From the NCBI GenBank assembly GCA_946540005.1, contig CAMNHY010000002.1, positions 2,780 to 66,779 of the forward strand: a DNA stretch of 64,000 nt, read 5' to 3'. Source of the DNA: an uncultured Clostridium sp. Its GTDB lineage: Bacteria > Bacillota_I > Bacilli_A > Acholeplasmatales > Anaeroplasmataceae. Shown here in pieces: positions 38,601-46,887 of the stretch; the first letter of the stretch is position 1, and each line of letters opens with the position of its first letter. The position numbers and the translations under genes are program-made. The notes below the pieces were generated by a model that was not told the origin of the DNA, did not search any database, and saw nothing but the letters and a program-made list of their open reading frames with translations.

Positions 38601-38793
38601 GTAATGAATTGGTATCACTCCACTTAACAAATGTTAATTCATTATGTGTATGAGTCTCTTCTTCATTCTCACCGGAGTTATTATCAATTTCTTCTGCATG
38701 AAGATTAATAGATTGATATTTATTTATATAAATGAATACTCCTAGAAATAAACTAAACATTATTAATATTTTTGAAATAAGTGATTTTTTCAT
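35665..38793 (-). CDS. Large surface protein: signal peptide, Pmp-like beta-helix (GGAI repeats), Ig-like region, six ~57-aa helical repeats, C-terminal TM anchor
   Basis: 1042 aa. GGAIF/GGAIYY/GGVY motifs occur in the N-terminal third. There are 6 repeats of the pattern INSIGEV-x-KI-AR-AY-LT-QK-V-Y-L-E-Y. A hydrophobic anchor lies near the C-terminus. Confidence 0.8.
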   Translation of the reverse strand: MKKSLISKILIMFSLFLGVFIYINKYQSINLHAEEIDNNSGENEEETHTHNELTFVKWSDTNSLPASSGNYYLESDVTITDTWHPKTDTKLCLNGHGIILNSEGKNVIEVPGGGNICIYDCNKLEHKYKIDSTTGLGIVDDSFESDYLTFRGGYITGAKDSPNGGAIFMPGTSRSGSTTELKMYGGTIIGNSTTGNGGAIYYAWVKRNNSLITLKDVNIIANVADGMAGGVYHGANNNFLTISGKTVIKDNISGSSPAAILEEAKLFIEGNLYIFDNKLKDGTPSDITVSHPSQKDIFSLSGALTADSKIGLDYIRRGTIYNYYPTMAYTAADKDCNELFVIHDNKIVIEEGDNLIIDYPAKDTSVPYRNIDYSIQFHNNFKPSDYEVKYGLEMGTYDLDEAPTFKELGDYTIYYKVKAGLNECEYHQTVSVVKGTPQLPKANEDLYYTGEKQELLDFSKCDDAVFEFKFEGGYWSTFIPKGLDIGEYVIYTRSPGNEHYLSYASSEETIIIVKINAPDRTDLVNSINASNEYLNSIKDKYVPVATILMEAINNAQEINDYQKSTVDDVTLETDNINQALNSAKEDVKSIDDTMSLINSIGEVMYSAESREKIDNARIKYESLSNAYKDIVSNYKTLSDAENRYNELQNDNNLASAVIEKINSIGEVTIESSEKIKVARQAYNSLTEDQKKLVTNYETLRDDENTFELILSDKSRALETDELINLIGEVQLDEASKNKIDAARTAYDALTDRQKSFITQLETLELAQTKYAALVEDKRIASTIDELINSIGNVTLESNDKILEVREAYVALTDSQKSFVTSYQVLLASETKYQELLDDVAEANRVDELINLIGEVKYNQEVRNRINNAKNAYSALTQNQKFYVKNLVILTSAEKIYNEVGVVYRQINAIGEVTSLNDLTKSQIKEARKAYDALDDSEKGLVINLDKLEQSENKYSELEKTNNISIITRLVTIIVVILVLVLIIAYISMFFIFNKWTLVNLKSKRVFKIGKKNNKLKLLRMNFKIIYREEKDVYKSKIREILK

Positions 38794-38839
38794 GCTAATT
38801 CACTCCTTTTTTTCATAAATAAAAATATTTCTTTATTAT

Positions 38840-38875
38840 ATTCTAGCAAATAGCCTGCAACAAACCTGCAACAAA
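38840..38875 (-). promoter_or_regulatory. Direct-repeat promoter element, site 5 (TTTGTTGC-AGG-TTTGTTGC, then 11 nt, then TAGAAT)
   Basis: Repeat core at 38857..38875 and -10 at 38840..38845, preceded by TGC. Confidence 0.75.
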
Positions 38876-38904
38876 AAAAGATGAATAACGAAAATCATTA
38901 TTCA
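38873..38904 (-). terminator. Rho-independent terminator after the 38917..40440 gene
   Basis: Stem TGAATAA / TTATTCA (38882-38888 / 38898-38904), followed on the minus strand by TCTTTTTTT, which merges into the distal repeat of site 5. Confidence 0.55.
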
Positions 38905-38916
38905 CCTTTCTATTCC

Positions 38917-40440
38917 TTAAATTGATTGATTTAAATCTTTTTCGTCTTCTACTTCTAAGTCTAGATCAATCTTATTATCTTTTTCTACCAATACGAATTC
39001 TTCAAGATCTTTTTCTTCAACTGCACTTTCTTTAGAAATTCCTAAATCTTTTGGTAAAAGTGCATTAATAGAAGCGTTTATTTGTCCTCTAATTTTCACA
39101 TCATCTTGTTGCATCTCAGAAACTACAGACATTGTGTTTAAAACTAAATTAGTTCTAATTTGTCTTAATTCATCCATGTCTTCTAAGTTCTTACCACTCT
39201 GATTTACATGATGCAAATATTGTTCACCAGCTTCACGAAGATTATCTTTATTTAAATATCCTTCTTTTGCAGGATTAGTATAATCTTTTAAAGCTTGCAT
39301 ATAATTTTGGAATTCTTGTGAAGGCTTTCTAAAGACTCTTGCAATAAATCCACCAGCCATTTCTTTTTCAACATTAAAGATATTATATGTCTTTCCTAAT
39401 TTTTCGCTCATTCTCTTTTGGAATTCAAGGCTATATCTGTTTTGGAAAGCTTTAGATACTTCATTTAATTTTAATATCTCATCCTTACTTCTTTCAACAA
39501 CTTCAACATTAGGTTTATTTGAAATGAAATCCATTAAACTTACTTCTTTTTTCTTTCCAGTTTCTGGATCTGTGTGTACACATTTATATTTTAAGAATAT
39601 ATTCTTGTCGATTTTAAGACCTTTTTCTTCTAATTTCTTACAATAATCAGCTAATGATAAATCATTATCTTTGTCTCCCCTTTGTCTTGAAAGAATACTT
39701 GTAATATTTTGAGGTATTTTAAAACCAAATACTTTTTTAGAATTTCTCATTACTAAATTAGCTTTTTCTTTATCTAAATCAGGTAGGGCGAAGAAATCTA
39801 CTTCTTCACATTCTTTAATTAATGTACCAGAATAATTAATTTTTTGAATTAAACCCTTCATTGATTCTTTAGCCTCTTTAAGTTCTGGTGGTACTCCTAA
39901 AGAATTCATGTAAAATATATCACCAAAGCGATTTGCTTCATGACATAATGCTAAATTATCACGATAAAATTCCATAAGTTTAACTTTATCATTACCTAAA
40001 TCAATTAACTCTTGAGGATTATAATTCATTGCATTTTTAATTCTATTATGAGTAAATTCAACAGGATACTTAGCGTATGATTCTAATAAATTCTTATTAT
40101 ATTCTTTACTTTCAGGAGAACCATCAACCTTTAATAAGAACATTATACTTTCAGCTAAATAATTTTTATCACTTTCAGGCATTTTAATACCTACAGAAGC
40201 TTCATTATATGCGGCTTTATGTTTAGCAGTAAGTTCTTTAATTTCTTGCGCAATACGATATCTTGCGACCATTTCTTCATTATTTAATTTATCCTCTAGT
40301 TGATTATTCACAACATTTTTATTCAATAATGTCAAACCAGTCTCATTAAAAAAGTTATTATATTTAGTTAAATATTCTTCATTTTTAGTTTTAATAATAT
40401 TCTTTTCTTCATCAGTTAATCCTAAATATTTTTTTGGCAT
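38917..40440 (-). CDS. Paralog-family protein B (507 aa), function unknown
   Basis: RBS GGAGG is 9 nt upstream. The protein is collinear with protein A. The C-terminal module is AGGFIARVFRKPSQEFQNYMQAL, followed by an acidic tail (LDLEVEDEKDLNQSI). Confidence 0.88.
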   Translation of the reverse strand: MPKKYLGLTDEEKNIIKTKNEEYLTKYNNFFNETGLTLLNKNVVNNQLEDKLNNEEMVARYRIAQEIKELTAKHKAAYNEASVGIKMPESDKNYLAESIMFLLKVDGSPESKEYNKNLLESYAKYPVEFTHNRIKNAMNYNPQELIDLGNDKVKLMEFYRDNLALCHEANRFGDIFYMNSLGVPPELKEAKESMKGLIQKINYSGTLIKECEEVDFFALPDLDKEKANLVMRNSKKVFGFKIPQNITSILSRQRGDKDNDLSLADYCKKLEEKGLKIDKNIFLKYKCVHTDPETGKKKEVSLMDFISNKPNVEVVERSKDEILKLNEVSKAFQNRYSLEFQKRMSEKLGKTYNIFNVEKEMAGGFIARVFRKPSQEFQNYMQALKDYTNPAKEGYLNKDNLREAGEQYLHHVNQSGKNLEDMDELRQIRTNLVLNTMSVVSEMQQDDVKIRGQINASINALLPKDLGISKESAVEEKDLEEFVLVEKDNKIDLDLEVEDEKDLNQSI

Positions 40441-40468
40441 AATCTTAAACCTCCATTTTCACAAGCAT

Positions 40469-40504
40469 AATATAACATATCGAACGCAACAAACCTGCAA
40501 CAAA
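40469..40504 (-). promoter_or_regulatory. Direct-repeat promoter element, site 6 (TTTGTTGC-AGG-TTTGTTGC, then 11 nt, then TATATT)
   Basis: Repeat core at 40486..40504 and -10 at 40469..40474, preceded by TGT. The core begins only 11 nt after the response-regulator stop codon. Confidence 0.75.
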
Positions 40505-40514
40505 AAAATAATTA

Positions 40515-41291
40515 TTAAAAATCTTTTAATTCTTCACTATCATTAAATAATGCCCATGAATACTGAATCATATATTCTCCTCTATACATTCTGATAGCAT
40601 CAGGATTTCCTTTTTTGTATTCGTATGCATCACAGTCTATTTTAGTAGGGTCTATGAAGCATTCATTATGTCTTTTAATGAAGACATCTTCACATCCTAC
40701 TTCTTTTAATGTATCTTGCAAATCAGCTATTAAATTTCTTAAATAAGATTTATGATCTTCTTCCCATAATATGGCATTAAGTTCATTTATATTAGATGAA
40801 GATCCTTCTCTATCAACAAGATAGGCAAATAATTCTTTTGATTTTTGTCTATGAAATTTTAAAGGAATTCCATCTTTGAAAACTTCAAAATTTCCAAAAC
40901 ATTTGACTTGTAATGGTTTTGTCTTCTTTAGTTCAATATTATATCTTAATCCTTCAATTTCATTTTTAACTTTAACTTCTGTAACTGGTTTCATTACATA
41001 TCCTGATGCATGTAATTTATATGCATCAAGTGCGTAATTATCATATGCAGTAACAAAGATAATATTAACTTGTGGATTTATAGCCTTTAATTTTTTTGCA
41101 AGAATAATGCCATTAATTTCGGGCATTTCTACATCTAGAAATGCAATATCTATTTTCTCATTAATCCTCTCATTATAAGCCTTTTTAGGATTAGTATAAC
41201 AATAATATGTTGCATCCGGCATTATTTTTCTACAAGTTTTTTCTAAACGAATTAATTGTAATTCCTCATCATCAACTAATAAGATTTTCAT
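40515..41291 (-). CDS. Two-component response regulator: receiver domain plus SARP/BTAD-type winged-helix DNA-binding domain
   Basis: I prefer the ATG at 41291 (MKILLVDDEE), with GAGGTG 4 nt upstream; the track start is 41303. Receiver motifs: LLVDDE, FLDVEMP, FVTAY, K in VMKP. The C-terminal part reads VKCFGNFEVFKDGIPLKFHRQKSKELFAYLVDREG...LWEED, typical of SARP-like wHTH domains. Confidence 0.8.
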   Translation of the reverse strand: MKILLVDDEELQLIRLEKTCRKIMPDATYYCYTNPKKAYNERINEKIDIAFLDVEMPEINGIILAKKLKAINPQVNIIFVTAYDNYALDAYKLHASGYVMKPVTEVKVKNEIEGLRYNIELKKTKPLQVKCFGNFEVFKDGIPLKFHRQKSKELFAYLVDREGSSSNINELNAILWEEDHKSYLRNLIADLQDTLKEVGCEDVFIKRHNECFIDPTKIDCDAYEYKKGNPDAIRMYRGEYMIQYSWALFNDSEELKDF

Positions 41292-41299
41292 AAGACACC

Positions 41300-42562
41300 T
41301 CACTTCTTTAATGTAACTGTTATTTTAGTACCAACATTCTTTTTACTAATAATATTTAAATCTCCTTCACACGTATGACTAATACGATAACTTATATTTT
41401 TTAATCCAAAATGTACATTTTCATCAAAATCAATTTCATTTAAATCAAATCCAATACCATCATCTTTTACCTCAATGACATAGCTTGAATCAGTTTCATA
41501 AGTGGTTAATGTAACTGTTCCACCTTCAATTTTTTTCAAAATTCCATGTTTAATAGCATTTTCAACTAGCGGTTGAATTGTTAGAGGTGGAATTGAAAAA
41601 TCTTTTGTGCCTATATCATAAATAATATGTATTCTATCCTTAAATCTCATCTTTTCTAATGAAACATATGTTTCTATATGTTTCAATTCATTTTCAAATG
41701 GAATAAGTCTTGTCTCTGTTAAAGATGATAAGTTTTTTCTTAAATATTCTGTAAAATCATCTAATGACTTTTGAGCCTTATCTGGATCAATACTAATAAG
41801 TGTTGAAATAGCAGATAGTGAATTATATATAAAATGTGGTTGAATTTGAGAAATCATAAGCTTTACATGAGCTTCTTTATTCTTTTCTTCTTGTTTGGAT
41901 AATTCTATGTTTTTTTCAACATTTGCAAAGAAGAATAAAATTTCAACTGTTATAATAATAGATACATAACCTATCGCATATCCACTATATATATTTTGGA
42001 AAATAATAGCTAATACAGGTAGCAAGCAATAAATTATAAATGCTGCCTTTTCTCTTTTTTTAAGTTTTTGAGTAATTGTTGTAACAAGTATTATTACTGA
42101 AAACATTATGAATTCATATCCTTGTGATATGAACATTGTTTTACTTCTTATATATTCCCCATTTTGAGAATAAAAATATATCGATGTTGGAATATTTATA
42201 ATATCTGTTATTACAAATATCGCAAACAAGATATTATTTAATAATGATAATCTTTTATTTAATTGATTAGATAAATTAATATAGCTAACCATATATTTGA
42301 ACAAAATATAGACTTCTATATTGTTCATAATATAAAAGGATGTATAGAAAGCTATTATTAAATCATCACTAGTATAAAAATTTTTAATTATGTTAAAAAT
42401 TAAATAAATTGAAAAATGGATTACATTAAATATCATAAATACTAAAAGCCATTTTTCGTCAGCTCTTTTATTTTTCTTAATTATTAAATTAACAATGTGA
42501 ATTAAAAATATCATTATTCCTATTCCACATATTGTTATTTTTATTCCCGCATTCGCATTCAT
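41300..42562 (-). CDS. Sensor histidine kinase, LytS/YehU (His_kinase PF06580 + HATPase) type, with a multi-TM sensor
   Basis: 420 aa with about 6 N-terminal TM helices. H-box QIQPHFIYNSLSAISTLI, N-box PLVENAIKHG, and G-boxes DDGIGF / GLKN. Confidence 0.85.
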   Translation of the reverse strand: MNANAGIKITICGIGIMIFLIHIVNLIIKKNKRADEKWLLVFMIFNVIHFSIYLIFNIIKNFYTSDDLIIAFYTSFYIMNNIEVYILFKYMVSYINLSNQLNKRLSLLNNILFAIFVITDIINIPTSIYFYSQNGEYIRSKTMFISQGYEFIMFSVIILVTTITQKLKKREKAAFIIYCLLPVLAIIFQNIYSGYAIGYVSIIITVEILFFFANVEKNIELSKQEEKNKEAHVKLMISQIQPHFIYNSLSAISTLISIDPDKAQKSLDDFTEYLRKNLSSLTETRLIPFENELKHIETYVSLEKMRFKDRIHIIYDIGTKDFSIPPLTIQPLVENAIKHGILKKIEGGTVTLTTYETDSSYVIEVKDDGIGFDLNEIDFDENVHFGLKNISYRISHTCEGDLNIISKKNVGTKITVTLKK

Positions 42563-42735
42563 TATTTATCCCCACCTTAATAAATATCTACTTTCTATTT
42601 CTAGTGAATAGTGCATTTCTTAAAGAATGAAATATATATATAATAATTTATTAATACCCATACTCATATTATACACTTTTTTGTCGAAAAAGTGCAACTA
42701 TTATCATTTAAAAAACAGGTAATTCTTGAAACACA

Positions 42736-42785
42736 ACAAAAAAATCCTATAAACTTTTACATTTTTTGTAATTGTTTATAGGATT
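42736..42785 (-). terminator. Rho-independent terminator after the 42792..44555 gene
   Basis: 12-bp perfect stem AATCCTATAAAC / GTTTATAGGATT (42743-42754 / 42774-42785), followed on the minus strand by TTTTTTT. Confidence 0.7.
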
Positions 42786-42791
42786 TATATT

Positions 42792-44555
42792 TTATTCTTC
42801 TTTAAAATCAGCTATTTTTTTAGCTAATAAATCAATCTTATAATAATCAAAATAATCTACATCAATATCTACTTCAAATGCACCCTCATCACCTACATAA
42901 GTTTGTCCTTGTGGTTTAACAACATGCATGTATGAAGAATTAGCAATTATTTGTCCATTTGGTAATACCATACTTCTTAGTACACATTCTCCACCACCAG
43001 CTTTATTACCCATTATTTTTGCAACATTTTGTGCTTGGCAAAAGAAAGGATATGCAGTACCACATGAGAACGCAACAGGGCTTGTTAAAAGATAAAAATT
43101 GAATTTATTTCCATATGAATCTTTTTCATCATATTTTCCATCATTATTTGTATCTACACGTAAAGTATCTTTATATATACTATTTGCTAGATTATCATAG
43201 AAATATTCATATCCATAATTATCTTTAGATAGCAAGGCTATTAACTTACCCATAATTTCGGCATCTCCACCACTATTAATAGACATGTCAATAATTACGT
43301 TTTCTACCCCACCTTTTTTATCTATTTCAGCAAGATTACATTTGATTTTAAAATATGTATCTACTAATGCTAAATCTTCATCTTTTTGTCTTTTCTTATC
43401 TTTAGTTAAATAATCAGATGTATCATCAAATTCATCTAATGTAATCATTGCGGTTTTACCATCAGTTGAATATCTTACACCATTCTTTTCTAATGATAAT
43501 GATTTATATGCACTATTTCTTTCTTTTTTTAATGAATTACCTAAGATTACTCTATCTGCAGACATACTTTGAGGAATTTCCATATCAGAAACTTCTCCCC
43601 AAGGCAAGCTTTCTTTAATTAATACTGTATGATCATCATCAAGACCACTAATTAAACAGCTTAATCCATTAGCTCTATCTTTAGCACTACTACTATTTAA
43701 TAGTTTTGAATAACTAAAAGCTTCAAAATATGTAGACATCTTATCTCCAATTCCCTTTTGAGCTCTTAATCCATAAAAATTATCAAACATGAAATAAAAA
43801 TAATTTTTATTATAATCTATTAAATATTGTGGCATAGTTTCACTAGTATAATTTTTCATTTCTTGATAAGCTGTAGTCTCTTCTAATTTTTCATTTTCAT
43901 ATTTTTGAAGGCTTAAAGCTTTATAATCTGAAAATGATAGAATAGATTTATAATTATAAAAATTTCTATTAGTATGAAGTGGTTGTATAACAGAGTCAAG
44001 CATTGCAAATGGAAAATATGTTTTATCTTTTTCTCTAAAGACTTTAAATCCATATCCTGAATAATTAATATTATATTTCTTTTCTCCGCTTATTAATTCT
44101 ACTTTGTGACTCAATTCTAAACCTGATGATGTTAGATCAGTTGAATCATTAAATGATCTTATTACATCTTCCATTCTTCCATTTACTATAATACTTGATT
44201 TAGCTAAATCAAATTTATAATAAACTTTTGTTTCTTTATTAGAATAAACTAAATCAATATAATCATTTTTATCTGAAAAAGAAGCTTGATTATAAAGTTC
44301 TTCTCCAAGTAAAGCTGAATAACTTACAATATCAATATATGGAATATAATCTTCTCCTTCTATGAATTTAAGTTTTAATTTAGTGTTATCTTTATATGTA
44401 CTATATTTAATTACGTTTTGACTATCTGCACTATAATCTCTTAGAGATATTACACTAACATCTTTTTCAAAAGTTTTAAATCCAGTATTACCTGAACATG
44501 AAATAAGTGCAAAAAGTATTAGTAGTGGCAAAAATATTTTGAATAATTTTTTCAT
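42792..44555 (-). CDS. Lipoprotein, S41 (tail-specific/C-terminal processing) peptidase-like
   Basis: Lipobox LISCSG. The segment VIIDMSINSGGD resembles the S41 LDLRxNxGG block. FSCG and NKAGGG sit where the S41 Ser/Lys dyad blocks would be. The family call is tentative. Confidence 0.45.
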   Translation of the reverse strand: MKKLFKIFLPLLILFALISCSGNTGFKTFEKDVSVISLRDYSADSQNVIKYSTYKDNTKLKLKFIEGEDYIPYIDIVSYSALLGEELYNQASFSDKNDYIDLVYSNKETKVYYKFDLAKSSIIVNGRMEDVIRSFNDSTDLTSSGLELSHKVELISGEKKYNINYSGYGFKVFREKDKTYFPFAMLDSVIQPLHTNRNFYNYKSILSFSDYKALSLQKYENEKLEETTAYQEMKNYTSETMPQYLIDYNKNYFYFMFDNFYGLRAQKGIGDKMSTYFEAFSYSKLLNSSSAKDRANGLSCLISGLDDDHTVLIKESLPWGEVSDMEIPQSMSADRVILGNSLKKERNSAYKSLSLEKNGVRYSTDGKTAMITLDEFDDTSDYLTKDKKRQKDEDLALVDTYFKIKCNLAEIDKKGGVENVIIDMSINSGGDAEIMGKLIALLSKDNYGYEYFYDNLANSIYKDTLRVDTNNDGKYDEKDSYGNKFNFYLLTSPVAFSCGTAYPFFCQAQNVAKIMGNKAGGGECVLRSMVLPNGQIIANSSYMHVVKPQGQTYVGDEGAFEVDIDVDYFDYYKIDLLAKKIADFKEE

Positions 44556-44577
44556 ATAAACCCTCCTTTTCTTTTAT

Positions 44578-44613
44578 ATTATACAAAATAGATTGCCACA
44601 AATTTGCCACAAA
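44578..44613 (-). promoter_or_regulatory. Direct-repeat promoter element, site 7, variant (TTTGTGGC-AAA-TTTGTGGC, then 11 nt, then TATAAT)
   Basis: Repeat core at 44595..44613 and -10 at 44578..44583. The spacing matches sites 1-6, but the 3-nt linker differs (AAA instead of AGG). Confidence 0.7.
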
Positions 44614-44634
44614 ATAATTTAATTTTTTATATAT

Positions 44635-44661
44635 AAAAAGGCCGTATAAAGCTATACGGTC
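44635..44661 (-). terminator. Rho-independent terminator after the 44696..46453 gene
   Basis: Minus strand reads GACCGTATA-GCTT-TATACGGCC followed by TTTTT. Confidence 0.7.
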
Positions 44662-44695
44662 TAAATTAAAATTTATTAATTACAAGTTAATATCA

Positions 44696-46453
44696 TCATT
44701 TACCTTTTTTAGCATCATTTACACTTGAATAAGGTTCCCAATTGTGCGCATTTGTATTTGTTTTAAGACTAAATTTTAATTCAAATGCTGCAAATTTATA
44801 TTCATTGAAGTCAATAGAATTATTAAATTTTGTATCGAATGAACCTTTTACAACTAATTCAATATCTTCAATTAGATTATCTGAAACCTTTACTATTAAT
44901 TTACATTTATTAATTTCTAATGAATCTTCATTAAAATCTCCAAACAATTTGATTTGTTGGTTTGTTTTATTTAATGGATCTATATTCACACTTTCATTTA
45001 TATAATTCAATATATTTTTTATTGAACTATTATCTAATGTTATTGAATATGTTGAATTGTTTCCTGATATATCTTGTACAAATTTATAATGATTAACACT
45101 AGTAAATACTCCTAGCATATAATATAAATCATTATCATTTACTTTATAATTATTAATTTTAATAGCATTATCTTTTAAAACTTTCTTTTCAATAATATAC
45201 GCATCATTATTAGATAAAATAGTTTGGAATATATGTATATCATCTAAATCAGCATATTTATATAAATCACCATTTTTAAAATCCGAATCAATTTCAACAT
45301 CATTAATGAAGTAAGAATTAGTGTCTCCTACTTTTCTTCTAGTTGACCCTTTAACTGTTGCGTCTATTGAATTTGATCCATCAAAATTAACTCCTGTCTT
45401 CATTTTAAAATCATAACCTGAATGTTCTAAGTCTTTATATTGACGTATATAACTATCTAATTTGTTTTTAACAGTAGTTAAATCTTTAGAATCAATATAT
45501 ACACCTTCAACTTTTGGAGTATTAATAACAGTATTCTTATCTATATTTTTGATATTCATTTCATAATTTAAATTAAAATTAATACCTTTTACATTTATAG
45601 AAATATTATATTTATATTTGCTTATATACCCATTTGCAAATGAAACAATACTTGTAGCATTAATATCATTTAAAGGAACTTTTTTTAATGCAGCTTTTAC
45701 AAAAGGATTAGATAGATAATCACCAATTTTACTAGCGATTGTTGAAAAATTTAAAGTTGTTAAAATTTCATATTCACCAACATTTTCAGCTTTCTTTAGA
45801 TTAGTAATATCTTTATCATTAAAAGTAAATATAGCTTTATTAAAAACATTAAATTCAGTCTTTCTTTTTTCATTAACTTGATTAATTGAATAATCATTTA
45901 TTGAGCCATCACTATCAAATTCAACTTTTGTATAAATAGCATCAGATTGAAATGATGTTTGGGAACCATCAAAAAATAATAATCCTGAATTTTGATGAGT
46001 ATCTAAAAATGAAGTTTTTAAATCTTTATTATATTTAGTGTTTCCTATAGTTGTTCCTTCTAACTTTAAAGCTAAATATTTAACATTAGCTAAAATGTTA
46101 TAATCAAATTCAAATGAAGAAACAGTATCACCTACTGTTCTTTTTCTAGCTTCTAAAAATGCTTCTTTAGGTTCTAAAAACTTAGGATATAATACCAAAT
46201 TACTATCTACTGTTAGTGGAAAAGAAACATTTTCATTAAAGGATTTATCCTTATACCATCCCATAAAACAATAATTTTCTTTTTCAGGATCTTTAGGAGC
46301 TATTAATTCCTTGCCTTTTTCTACTTCTACACTAGAAATATTAGTCCCATAAAATTCAACCTTATATTTTGAATTTACGACTGTTGTTTCTCCACATGAA
46401 ATAGTTGAAAATACAACAAATATTAAAATGATTAAACTAAAAAATTTTTTCAT
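44696..46453 (-). CDS. Surface lipoprotein with an N-terminal Listeria-Bacteroides (InlB B-type) repeat
   Basis: Lipobox TISCGE. The segment YKVEFYG...YCFMGWYKDKSFNENVSFPLTVDSNLVLYPKF matches the GWY...LYA/PKW/F repeat signature. Confidence 0.75.
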   Translation of the reverse strand: MKKFFSLIILIFVVFSTISCGETTVVNSKYKVEFYGTNISSVEVEKGKELIAPKDPEKENYCFMGWYKDKSFNENVSFPLTVDSNLVLYPKFLEPKEAFLEARKRTVGDTVSSFEFDYNILANVKYLALKLEGTTIGNTKYNKDLKTSFLDTHQNSGLLFFDGSQTSFQSDAIYTKVEFDSDGSINDYSINQVNEKRKTEFNVFNKAIFTFNDKDITNLKKAENVGEYEILTTLNFSTIASKIGDYLSNPFVKAALKKVPLNDINATSIVSFANGYISKYKYNISINVKGINFNLNYEMNIKNIDKNTVINTPKVEGVYIDSKDLTTVKNKLDSYIRQYKDLEHSGYDFKMKTGVNFDGSNSIDATVKGSTRRKVGDTNSYFINDVEIDSDFKNGDLYKYADLDDIHIFQTILSNNDAYIIEKKVLKDNAIKINNYKVNDNDLYYMLGVFTSVNHYKFVQDISGNNSTYSITLDNSSIKNILNYINESVNIDPLNKTNQQIKLFGDFNEDSLEINKCKLIVKVSDNLIEDIELVVKGSFDTKFNNSIDFNEYKFAAFELKFSLKTNTNAHNWEPYSSVNDAKKGK

Positions 46454-46482
46454 AATATACTCCTTCTATAATATTATTTAAA

Positions 46483-46857
46483 TTAATCGTTTGTTTCACA
46501 AAGCATTAAGCATCCTGCTATAACAGAAACAAAAAATATACAACAAATCTTATAGCCAAAAGAAACTCGCTCGTTGCATCTAGTTTTTCTAAAATAATAT
46601 GATGTCATAGGAATTACCCATATTATTGGAATAATTAAACACACCCATGCTATACAAGAAAGTACCAAAAAGAATTTAATACCTGCCCTTAAATCATTAT
46701 TAGTTCTATTAGAATTAGCTACTTTATTATTATCTTTATTCTCATTAGAATTAAGATAATTATATCCATGAACAGATGTACCAACTTTAGTCCCACAATA
46801 AGGGCAAATCTGTGCAGAACTAAATAAAGAGTTCCCACATTTTTTACAATATTTCAT
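46483..46857 (-). CDS. Zinc-ribbon membrane protein
   Basis: I prefer the ATG at 46857 (MKYCKKCGNSLFSSAQICPYCG), with GGAGGAG 6 nt upstream. The track start at 46908 would translate the G10 tract. The protein has CxxC...CxxC plus 2-3 TM helices. Confidence 0.75.
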   Translation of the reverse strand: MKYCKKCGNSLFSSAQICPYCGTKVGTSVHGYNYLNSNENKDNNKVANSNRTNNDLRAGIKFFLVLSCIAWVCLIIPIIWVIPMTSYYFRKTRCNERVSFGYKICCIFFVSVIAGCLMLCETND

Positions 46858-46887
46858 TATTACTCCTCCATATTTATTGTTATCTTT

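Noticed and set aside
38846-38856. Possible third 11-bp-phased repeat (GCAAATAGCCT) at promoter site 5.
   Set aside because: Alignment with the other six sites shows this is just the 8-nt linker plus the TG of the extended -10. It is not conserved as a repeat elsewhere.
42731-42740. Single half-site-like ACAACAAA upstream of the kinase-regulator operon (possible autoregulation), and a similar orphan GCAACAAA at 49553-49560.
   Set aside because: Only one 8-mer is present, with no partner 11 bp away and no -10 at the fixed distance. Such A-rich octamers can arise by chance next to terminator T/A-runs. The 49553 copy may be a cassette remnant, but I cannot show that.
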